NCBI GenBank assembly: GCA_963716945.1
Contig: OY970322.1
Span: forward strand, 990,001-1,022,000
DNA: 32,000 nt
Direction: 5' to 3'
Source of the DNA: Candidatus Saccharimonadota bacterium
GTDB lineage: Bacteria; Patescibacteriota; Saccharimonadia; Saccharimonadales; UBA4665
Below the pieces are notes generated by a model. The model had not been told where the DNA came from. It searched no databases and saw nothing but the letters and a program-made list of their open reading frames with translations. Made by a program: the position numbers and the translations under genes. Positions 14,059 through 21,212 of the stretch are shown one piece after another (position 1 is the stretch's first letter; each line of letters opens with the position of its first letter).

Positions 14059-17034
14059 CTAAGAGACCGTCAAAACAAAATTCTGGGTAATTGTGCCTGA
14101 GCTATTTTTGGCAGTGATGGTTATCGGGTACGTGCCAGCGGTTCCAGCCTTAGGAGTACCACTGAAAGTATTGGTGGTGCCATTAAAAGTAACGCCCCTG
14201 GGAAGGGTGCCGGTCTTAGTAATGCTGGGACTTGGGAAGCCGGTAGCCATTACCTGGAATGAGAAGACTGAACCGACAGTCGCGCTAGTTGTGGCGGCGC
14301 TGGTAATCGCCGGCGTTTCGTTGACTTTGAGCGTGAAGGTCTGGCTGATAGAACCAAGCGAATTGGCAGCTGTAACAGTAATGGAATAGCTACCACCGCT
14401 GCCAGTAGCCGGTGTGCCGGTAATAGTGGCCGTACCATCACCGTTATCGACGAAAGTCAGTCCGTTAGGCATCGTTCCGGATTCGGTCAGTGCTGGAGTC
14501 ATGTAGCCACTAGCGGTGACTGTCATAAAGAACGCAGTACCGACCGTAGCGGTCTTATTAGGTATATTCTTAATGACCGGCGCCCTGGTAACGGTTAGCG
14601 TGAAGCTCTGCGTAATCATCCCGACAGAACTTTTAGCTTTAATCGTCAAAGCGTAAACTCCAACCGCCGAAGCCGATGGTGTGCCGGTAATAGCGGCCGT
14701 ACCATCACCGTTATCGGTAAACGTAACTCCAGACGGTAATCCGCCTGCCTTAGTTAGCTTAGGGGCTGGATAGCCAGTCGTATTAACAGTGAAACTGAAT
14801 GGTACCCCGAATGTCTCCGTATCGGAAGCATTGCTGGTAATAGCTGGCGCCGAACCAGCCGAAGTAACTGTTAGTATAAATGACTGTGTAGCCGGGCTGC
14901 CAACTCCATTAGTAGCCGTAATAGTAATCGGGTATGCCCCTGCACTGCCCGTAGCAGCCGTACCGGCCAGATCAGCCGTACCATTGCCGTTATCAGTGAA
15001 GGTTATCCCCGCCGGTAAGGCACCGTTTTCAGTGATAGAAGGAGCTGGGTTACCAGTCGTAGTTACGCTAAAGTCAAATGGTGTACGCATGCCAACGTTG
15101 GCGGAGGCCGCACTAGTAATAGTAGGAGCTGAGGAAATGGATGGTAAATCAACCTCAGCCGTAGTATTAGAGTTAACGGTTACGTTTGTCGGTGTACAAT
15201 ACTGACCACCGCTAGAAGTATCGGCGCAGATTTTGTAGGTTACCCCAGCAAATACGCTCAAGGTATCAGTGCCATTAGTATCAGTTGAGCCGATGGACTG
15301 TTCTTGTCCGTCATTAACATTAAAAGTTTCGGATTCGTCCGTAGTAGTGACTGTATTATTGCCCGTAGCGGTTATTGTAACAGGTGCCCCGGAGACTGGA
15401 TTACCATTCCCATCTTTCACGGTTACATTTACGGTATCCGTGTTAAAGGACAGGTTCTGTTCTGTATCGCCGCCATTGACAGTAACAGATGGACTGGCGC
15501 TTCCTATTTGGAAGAAGTTTGGCGTTCCGGTAGTACCGCTATCTTCAGAAGTATTTTGATAGTAGAGATTAGTATAGTAATTATCATTCGGTAGGCTTCC
15601 TACGGAATAGTTTCCATTGGAATCGGCATTTGTCTGGCCGCTCGGTCCATCAGAGGCACCAAGGGCGATTTGCATGCCTGTACCACCAGGTTCTAATGGA
15701 GGAGGGTTACCATTAAAGCTTGCTTGGCCGGAGACAGTATAGGATGAAGGGAAATCAACCTCAGCCGTAGTATTAGAGTTAACGGTTACGTTTGTCGGTG
15801 TACAATACTGACCGCCGCTAGTTGTGTCAGCACAGACCTTATATGTAATACCGGGGAACACATTAACACTAACGATGCCATCATCCCCACTAGACCCGGT
15901 GGACTGTTCCTGTCCGCTATTGACAGTAAAAGTTTCAGACCCATCCGTAGTGGTGACCGTGTTGTTGCCCGAGGCCGTTACTACGACCTGCGACCCAGGG
16001 ACCGGGTTTCCGTTTCCGTCTTTCACGGTTACCGTGACTGTGTTCGTATTAAACGCTAAGTTTTGTGTTACGTTGCTACCGTTTACGGCAACGGATGGAG
16101 TAGTGCTAGCTATCTGGAAGAAGGTTGGCGCTCCGGTAGTTCCCGTACTCTGGTAGAAGAGATTGGTAGAGTAGCTATCGTTTGGCAGGCTTCCTACGGA
16201 ATAGTTTCCATTGGAATCAGTGTTTGTCTGTCCAGACGGCCCGTCAGACGCACCAAACGCAACTTGCATATTCGAAGCAGAGTTACCATTAAAGCTTGCT
16301 TGGCCCGAAACGGTATAGGATAAGGGAAAGTCCACCTCGGCCGTAGTATTGCCATTGACCGTTACGTTTGCCGACGCACAGTACTGGCCGCCGCTGGTGG
16401 TATCGGCGCAAACTTTGTAGGTTACCCCAGCAAATACGCTCACTGTATTAGCTCCATCATCCCCGGTAATACCAGTGGATTGCTCTTGTTCACTATTAAC
16501 ATTAAAGGTCTCGGACCCATCAGTAGTAGTAACTGTGTTATTACCCGTAGGGGTCACTGTAACAGTTGATCCGGAGACTGGATTTCCACTTCCATCTTTT
16601 ACGGTCACTGTGACCGTGTTCGTGCTAAAGGACAGGTTTTGCGTTACGTTGCTGCCGTTAACGTTGACAGACGGATTGGCAGACCCTAGCTGGAAGAAGT
16701 TTGGTACCCCGGTAGTCCCACTATCTTCAGAACTATTTTGATAGTAGATACTAGTGTAATAGCTATCGTTTGGCAGGCTTCCTACGGAATAGTTTCCATT
16801 GGAATCAGTGTTTGTCTGTCCAGACGGCCCGTCAGACGCACCAAACGCAACTTGCATACCTTGACCGCCAGATTGTAGTGGCGCTGGACTGCCATTAAAG
16901 CTTGCTTGGCCGGATACGGTATAGCCGCTATCGGCATATGCTAGGGTTAGTTTAAAACCTGCAGATAGAATACCGACTAATATCACCCACTTGAGTAAAC
17001 GAGGAGCCCTCTTAAAAAAAGCTGGTGATTTCAT
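14059..17034 (-). CDS. Secreted modular repeat protein (3 x ~200-aa beta-sandwich-like modules + 4 x ~90-aa Ig-like modules); putative adhesin
   Basis: Signal peptide 'MKSPAFFKRAPRLLKWVILVGILSAGFKLTLAYA|DSG'. Three modules start with 'YTVSGQASFNG' (aa 38, 240, 432) and carry carboxypeptidase-regulatory-like 'TNTDSNGNYSVGSLPNDSY' and 'VTVTVKDG.GNPV.G..V.V'. Four C-terminal units look like putative-Ig/He_PIG domains, e.g. 'PAITS...FSF.V..TG.P.P.....G.LP.G.TF...(DG)T..(I)TGTP......Y.ITI.A.N..G...Q.F.LTV'. There is no C-terminal anchor. Confidence 0.8.
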   Translation of the reverse strand: MKSPAFFKRAPRLLKWVILVGILSAGFKLTLAYADSGYTVSGQASFNGSPAPLQSGGQGMQVAFGASDGPSGQTNTDSNGNYSVGSLPNDSYYTSIYYQNSSEDSGTTGVPNFFQLGSANPSVNVNGSNVTQNLSFSTNTVTVTVKDGSGNPVSGSTVTVTPTGNNTVTTTDGSETFNVNSEQEQSTGITGDDGANTVSVFAGVTYKVCADTTSGGQYCASANVTVNGNTTAEVDFPLSYTVSGQASFNGNSASNMQVAFGASDGPSGQTNTDSNGNYSVGSLPNDSYSTNLFYQSTGTTGAPTFFQIASTTPSVAVNGSNVTQNLAFNTNTVTVTVKDGNGNPVPGSQVVVTASGNNTVTTTDGSETFTVNSGQEQSTGSSGDDGIVSVNVFPGITYKVCADTTSGGQYCTPTNVTVNSNTTAEVDFPSSYTVSGQASFNGNPPPLEPGGTGMQIALGASDGPSGQTNADSNGNYSVGSLPNDNYYTNLYYQNTSEDSGTTGTPNFFQIGSASPSVTVNGGDTEQNLSFNTDTVNVTVKDGNGNPVSGAPVTITATGNNTVTTTDESETFNVNDGQEQSIGSTDTNGTDTLSVFAGVTYKICADTSSGGQYCTPTNVTVNSNTTAEVDLPSISSAPTITSAASANVGMRTPFDFSVTTTGNPAPSITENGALPAGITFTDNGNGTADLAGTAATGSAGAYPITITATNGVGSPATQSFILTVTSAGSAPAITSNASDTETFGVPFSFTVNTTGYPAPKLTKAGGLPSGVTFTDNGDGTAAITGTPSASAVGVYALTIKAKSSVGMITQSFTLTVTRAPVIKNIPNKTATVGTAFFMTVTASGYMTPALTESGTMPNGLTFVDNGDGTATITGTPATGSGGSYSITVTAANSLGSISQTFTLKVNETPAITSAATTSATVGSVFSFQVMATGFPSPSITKTGTLPRGVTFNGTTNTFSGTPKAGTAGTYPITITAKNSSGTITQNFVLTVS
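14062..15129. repeat. Four tandem ~0.27-kb coding repeats (Ig-like modules)
   Basis: Protein-level repeats at aa 636-727, 728-817, 818-906 and 907-991. They have diverged at the DNA level. Confidence 0.75.
15139..16923. repeat. Three tandem ~0.6-kb coding repeats with embedded perfect DNA duplications
   Basis: Modules lie at 16318..16923, 15742..16317 and 15139..15741. A 99-bp stretch is identical between 16172..16270 and 16760..16858 (offset 588). A 62-bp stretch is identical between 15146..15207 and 15752..15813 (offset 606). Confidence 0.9.
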
Positions 17035-17069
17035 AAGTTTCCGCCTCTCTTTAAAGCCTGCTGCCTAAA

Positions 17070-17098
17070 ATAGTATTCCAAGATTTGGTTTTCTGCAA
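17070..17098 (-). promoter_or_regulatory. Candidate promoter of the repeat-protein gene
   Basis: Minus strand: TTGCAG (17098..17093), 17-nt spacer, TACTAT (17075..17070). A GAGAGG SD-like element lies about 9 nt before the ATG at 17034. Confidence 0.35.
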
Positions 17099-17194
17099 TT
17101 GATGTTAATCACAAATTGACAAATGATAAGTAAGGTAAGCCGCGTGCCTGCCTAGAAAGACCGTATACCTTTAGATTGTTCGCAAGATATCAGT

Positions 17195-18928
17195 TTATGG
17201 GATCGTTATACTTTGGCCATCGTGGTCCAAATTAAGCGTAAACGGTCGGTTATTCATTATATTATCATAAAGGCCTTGGGATACTTGGCCGTAGCGTGCC
17301 GCATTCGTTATGGCGATCTTGGCGTCAGCATTGTCGTTATACCTGTCTTCCAAGATGGCTAGATAGGTCCATAATTTGTAATCTTGCGGAAACTTCTCTA
17401 ACGCATTTAGGAGAACCTGCTTATTAGTGTTAGGGTTTCCGTAGAATAAAGTTAGATCCCCTAGATTTTCATACAATTCACTGGAACTGTAGAGTTTCAA
17501 GCCAAGGTTGTAGCTTTGTGCTGCTCCGGAATAGTCCCCTAGGTCGTACAAAGCTAAACCGAGATCGTTATAGCCGCTATAGCTGGGGTAGATGCTTGTT
17601 GAGCGCGATGCGTATGCTCTGGCTTCACTGAATTTAGCTAGCTCAAGTGAATATCCTGCCAAGCTAGTGTAAGCAGTATAATTCTCTTTAGATGCGGCAA
17701 TATCACGATAAGCCAAGTTGATTGGGTTCCTCCAATCAAGACCTCTAAGTGCCGTACGAAACCCTAGCGTCCCGATTAGCAGTACCGCTACTATTAGAAG
17801 CCAGTTAAGCCGAATACGAGGCAGCAGTACGTCTAAGACAATGCCAATCATCCCCAACACTCCGGCCATCGAAAAGTAAAACCAGGCTTCACAGACTGTC
17901 ATGTCCAGGGGAACAATTTGTAGATAGGGTACTAGGCCTAAGATTGTCCAGGCCATGAAAAATAAGAAAGTATAGAACTGGGCCTTGGGAGCCTTTCGCC
18001 GTACCAAGACTGTCACATATAGCACTACCGCCGCTACCGCCAGGTCAATCAAGAGCGGCATAATGAAATGGCGGAAACTAAAGATCGGATGTACCCAGTA
18101 ATAGGCGGTGGCCAGCTTCCATGGGAAGACCAGCTTAGTTATATAAAATAGCGCGATTGAAGGCATGGTCAATAAGCGGGATCCTAAGCCTAGATTATCA
18201 ATTGGGGCGTTACTTGGGTTGGCAATCCAGCCGACAGCATTTATCCTCAAAGCCATGTACAAAATGATAGGCAGCACCATAATGCCAACGAATGGATACA
18301 GCCGTTTCCTCTCAAACCAAAAGAGATATAAGAGAGACACAGCAATAAACAGCGCTCCGGTTTCTTTGGCCAGCAAAGATATGAAGAGACAGGCGGCCAC
18401 CAGTATAAGGCTTCTTGTCGATTTAAATCTCAGTAACAACCAAAATGCCAGTATCCCGAAGAAAAAGAATAGGGCATCCTGCAAATACGGAATAGCAAAT
18501 ACGACTTGCGAATCAAGTGGATGCAACAAGAAGACTAACGACAAAAACAGGGCCAATCCTGGCTTGAAAGAGTATCTGAATACCAGGTAAAGGATAATGG
18601 CGCTGCCTATACACAGCAAGAGTTGGAACAAATGGAATGCTATAGGATGAGGACCGAACAAAGTATATAGCAGCGAAAAAGCCGTTGTCATAAGCGGCCT
18701 GAAATAGGTTCCGCCTAATGGGGCCAGGCCGTTTCCATTATAAAATGTACCGCCTTCAAAGAAGAGACGAATGTGGGTTATGGAATGGACGGGAACACTA
18801 TTAACAATTTGGGTTATGTCATCATTCCAAAATGGACTTGTCAGACCGCTAAAATAAGCTGCAAAACCCAAGAGCGCAATAATGAGTGCGGCCTGCCAGG
18901 CGGTAATTTTATTTATTTTAGCTAGCAC
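17195..18928 (-). CDS. GT-C-type (PMT/TMTC/ArnT-like) polytopic membrane glycosyltransferase with C-terminal TPR repeats
   Basis: 577 aa with a GTG start. It has about 10-11 TM spans, with an acidic 'FWNDDITQIVN' motif in the first extracytoplasmic loop (the GT-C catalytic-loop position). C-terminal TPR-like repeats: 'YNDLGLALYDLGDYSGAAQSYNLGLKLY', 'LYENLGDLTLFYG'. The assignment is by architecture only. Confidence 0.55.
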   Translation of the reverse strand: MLAKINKITAWQAALIIALLGFAAYFSGLTSPFWNDDITQIVNSVPVHSITHIRLFFEGGTFYNGNGLAPLGGTYFRPLMTTAFSLLYTLFGPHPIAFHLFQLLLCIGSAIILYLVFRYSFKPGLALFLSLVFLLHPLDSQVVFAIPYLQDALFFFFGILAFWLLLRFKSTRSLILVAACLFISLLAKETGALFIAVSLLYLFWFERKRLYPFVGIMVLPIILYMALRINAVGWIANPSNAPIDNLGLGSRLLTMPSIALFYITKLVFPWKLATAYYWVHPIFSFRHFIMPLLIDLAVAAVVLYVTVLVRRKAPKAQFYTFLFFMAWTILGLVPYLQIVPLDMTVCEAWFYFSMAGVLGMIGIVLDVLLPRIRLNWLLIVAVLLIGTLGFRTALRGLDWRNPINLAYRDIAASKENYTAYTSLAGYSLELAKFSEARAYASRSTSIYPSYSGYNDLGLALYDLGDYSGAAQSYNLGLKLYSSSELYENLGDLTLFYGNPNTNKQVLLNALEKFPQDYKLWTYLAILEDRYNDNADAKIAITNAARYGQVSQGLYDNIMNNRPFTLNLDHDGQSITIP

Positions 18929-19076
18929 TAGCGTACTTACCCATATCTAGAAGACCCTCTGTATTCCATTTATTGTTAATTATACATGTGCTAGTTTGCT
19001 TTTAGTTTTAGAGGGCTCAAGCAGAGCGTTAGAAGCATTATCAGGCACAAGCATAGTTTAAGATGTGTGCAGTATT

Positions 19077-19092
19077 TATGGTGGGTGATGAG
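19077..19092. repeat. Direct repeat, proximal copy (tRNA-Val acceptor 3' strand + CCA + 2 nt)
   Basis: TATGGTGGGTGATGAG, the partner of 13934..13949. Confidence 0.5.
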
Positions 19093-19155
19093 GGATTCGA
19101 ACCCCCGACCCCCTCGGTGTAAACGAGGTGCTCTAGCCAGCTGAGCTAATCACCC
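19079..19155 (-). tRNA. tRNA-Val (anticodon TAC), CCA encoded
   Basis: Cloverleaf: acceptor GGGTGAT/ATCACCC, anticodon arm CCTCG-TTTACAC-CGAGG, T arm GGGGG-TTCGAAT-CCCTC. 77 nt. Confidence 0.9.
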
Positions 19156-19168
19156 ACGGGTGCGGTCA

Positions 19169-19255
19169 TGGTGCGGACGAGAGGACTTGAACCTCCACAG
19201 GATTACTCCCACTACCACCTCAAGGTAGCGCGTCTACCAATTCCGCCACGTCCGC
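19169..19255 (-). tRNA. tRNA-Leu (anticodon GAG), long variable arm, CCA encoded
   Basis: Acceptor GCGGACG/CGTCCGC, anticodon arm CTACC-TTGAGGT-GGTAG, long variable arm, T arm GGAGG-TTCAAGT-CCTCT. 87 nt. Confidence 0.9.
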
Positions 19256-19268
19256 TCGAAGCCATCAT

Positions 19269-19297
19269 ATCGTATCTGTTTTTGCCGAAAAACTCAA
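19269..19297 (-). promoter_or_regulatory. tRNA-Leu(GAG) promoter, paralogous to the one at 21181..21209
   Basis: Minus strand: TTGAGT (19297..19292), 17-nt spacer, TACGAT (19274..19269). It lies in a 38-nt block (19262..19299) that matches 21174..21211 at 33/38 positions. Confidence 0.6.
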
Positions 19298-19322
19298 GCC
19301 TCGCTTAGGCATTTAATTAAGC

Positions 19323-20954
19323 TTAGGAACGGGGCAAATGGTCGTAGAGGTGCTCCAGACCATAGTCGCCACGGATCATGGCTTTGATATCATCGATCGT
19401 GGTGCCGAATTTGACGCCGGGGTTGAGCGTGCCGTAAGGGTCGAAGATTTTCTTGACCTTTTGCATCAGGGCGTAGAGTTCGGGGCCGTACATGGCCTCC
19501 AGATAAGGCGTTCGCAAACGGCCGTCGCCGGCCATGGAACTGATCGTGCCGCCCAGGCTGATGGCCAGTTTGCTGTGTTCTTCCATCAGGCGGAAAGCCT
19601 TTTGGCGGTCGCCGACCTGGCCGAGATTGAGCCGCGGCTGCAACCGCAGGCTGGCATCGCCGGCATGGCCCCAGACGGCCGGCTTCAGGTTGTTGGCCTT
19701 GAGCAGCGCGTAAACGCCTTCCAGGTATTCGCGCAGGCGGTCGGGCGGCACGGCCGCATCGAACAGCGGCAAAGCTTGGAGCAGGCCTTCGTTGTGGCCC
19801 AGCAGCGAGCTGGTCGCCTGGCGGACCTTCCAGAATAGCTGCTGCTGTTCAAGGTCGTCGGTCGCCTGGAAGCCGGTGGCGTACTTATCGAAGATTTTTT
19901 CGGCGCGCTTGGACAGCTTCTTGGTCTTGCGCTCACCGCCGTCAAATTCCACGAACAGGGTAACGGCCGGGAATGGCGGCTTGATAATTTCTTTGAGCTG
20001 GTTCGGGTTGAGTTCGTGAATCGACTGCAGGACGTGCTCGTCGACCATTTCGATGGCGCTCGGCATGTCCGGCAGCGACCTTAGTTCAAGGATGGCGTTC
20101 TGGACCTGCTCCAGGCTATCAAACCTGGCCATTATCAAAGTCGCCTGGGGGTCGTACTGTTCGGTTTTGAGGACCGCCTCGGTGATAATGCCCAGGGTGC
20201 CCTGGCTGCCGATAATCAGCTGCGTCAGGTCAAACGAACCGTCGCGGCGTTTAACGCCGGTCAGGTCGTAGCCGGCATTATTGCGGGTGACGCCGCGGGC
20301 CAGTTGGCCGACCAGGTCGTGCTGCTCTTCGAGCAAAGTATCGATTGAGCGGTAAATTTCACCCTCGAAGGTCGCCAGGCCGAGCTTTTTGCTGAGCTCG
20401 CGCTTGCTGAGGCGCTTGGTCTCGACGACTTCGCCGTTGGCCAGGACCACGCGCAGACTTTTGACGTAGGCCCTCATGGCGCCGTATTTGACGGACTTTT
20501 CGCCGGCGGCATTATCGGCGATCGCGCCGCCGACCGTCGAATATTCCAGCGACGGCGGATAAGCCGGCAGGAAGCGGCCGTGGGTATAAAGCGTCTGTTG
20601 AAGTTTGCCGTAGTTGATACCCGGCTCGACGGTTACGGTGTGGTCTTTGGTATCAAGTTCCAGCACCCGGTTCATATGGGCCGGAAAGACCAGCATAATG
20701 CCGTTGCCCAGCGCCGCGCCGCTCTGGCTGGTGCCGGAACCGCGGGCCGTAATCGGGATAACCCGCCCCCGTTCGGCCAGCTGCCAGCTGAAACGGGCGG
20801 TTTTGCGGACGTCGTTCTCGGTTCTGGGATAAGCTATCAGGGCAGGCGCCAGCTGCAGAATGCTGCCGTCGGTCGCGAAATAGCGCCGGGCGTCGGTGCT
20901 GGTCATCACCTCGCCTACCAAATGCTCCTGCAAATAATGCGCGACTTTGCTCAT
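19323..20954 (-). CDS. FAD-binding oxidoreductase (GlcD / D-lactate dehydrogenase family)
   Basis: 543 aa. N-terminal FAD_binding_4-type region ('VIPITARGSGTSQSGAALGNGIMLV', 'VTVEPGINYGKLQ', 'VGGAIADNAAGE') and a C-terminal FAD-linked oxidase domain ('GGTISSMAGDGRLRTPYL', 'KKIFDPYGTLNPGV'). Confidence 0.85.
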   Translation of the reverse strand: MSKVAHYLQEHLVGEVMTSTDARRYFATDGSILQLAPALIAYPRTENDVRKTARFSWQLAERGRVIPITARGSGTSQSGAALGNGIMLVFPAHMNRVLELDTKDHTVTVEPGINYGKLQQTLYTHGRFLPAYPPSLEYSTVGGAIADNAAGEKSVKYGAMRAYVKSLRVVLANGEVVETKRLSKRELSKKLGLATFEGEIYRSIDTLLEEQHDLVGQLARGVTRNNAGYDLTGVKRRDGSFDLTQLIIGSQGTLGIITEAVLKTEQYDPQATLIMARFDSLEQVQNAILELRSLPDMPSAIEMVDEHVLQSIHELNPNQLKEIIKPPFPAVTLFVEFDGGERKTKKLSKRAEKIFDKYATGFQATDDLEQQQLFWKVRQATSSLLGHNEGLLQALPLFDAAVPPDRLREYLEGVYALLKANNLKPAVWGHAGDASLRLQPRLNLGQVGDRQKAFRLMEEHSKLAISLGGTISSMAGDGRLRTPYLEAMYGPELYALMQKVKKIFDPYGTLNPGVKFGTTIDDIKAMIRGDYGLEHLYDHLPRS

Positions 20955-21041
20955 CGGCCCTGTCTGTTCCCCTTAGAATCTGTCATAACCTATAGCAGTT
21001 ATGATACCATACCATGCCTAGTGCCGCTCGCGGCCCGGGGC

Positions 21042-21067
21042 AAAAAAATAAGCCTGCCGGGCTTATT
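21042..21067 (-). terminator. Intrinsic terminator downstream of tRNA-Leu(CAG)
   Basis: 8-bp stem AATAAGCC (21047..21054) / GGCTTATT (21060..21067). On the minus strand it is followed by TTTTTTT (the complement of the A-run at 21042..21048). It starts 8 nt after the tRNA CCA end. Confidence 0.7.
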
Positions 21068-21074
21068 TCTTATT

Positions 21075-21161
21075 TGGTGCGGATGAGAGGACTTGAACCT
21101 CCACGAACCGAAGTTCACTAGCTCCTGAAGCTAGCGCGTCTACCAATTCCGCCACATCCGC
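21075..21161 (-). tRNA. tRNA-Leu (anticodon CAG), long variable arm, CCA encoded
   Basis: Acceptor GCGGATG/CATCCGC, anticodon arm CTAGC-TTCAGGA-GCTAG, T arm GGAGG-TTCAAGT-CCTCT. 87 nt. Confidence 0.9.
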
Positions 21162-21180
21162 ACGGGCTTGAGACCATCAT

Positions 21181-21209
21181 ATGGTATCTGTTTTGCTCGC
21201 AAAACTCAA
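21181..21209 (-). promoter_or_regulatory. tRNA-Leu(CAG) promoter, paralogous to the one at 19269..19297
   Basis: Minus strand: TTGAGT (21209..21204), 17-nt spacer, TACCAT (21186..21181). Confidence 0.6.
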
Positions 21210-21212
21210 GCT

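Larger units (their letters stand above)
13934..19092. mobile_element. Low-GC genomic island inserted at the 3' end of tRNA-Val (no integrase retained)
   Basis: Hand-counted lines inside the island give 35 % (15301), 40 % (17401) and 47 % (18301) GC. Backbone lines give 60 % (12001) and 65 % (20401). The island is bounded by the 16-nt direct repeat and abuts the tRNA-Val CCA end. Confidence 0.5.

Noticed and set aside
14059-17034. Regularly spaced DNA repeats that could be mistaken for a CRISPR array or for a DGR template/variable repeat pair.
   Set aside because: The periods are 588-606 nt and ~270 nt, all in frame within one long ORF, so these are protein modules. There are no 25-40-nt repeat/spacer units. 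The window has no reverse transcriptase, and differences between copies are not adenine-specific.
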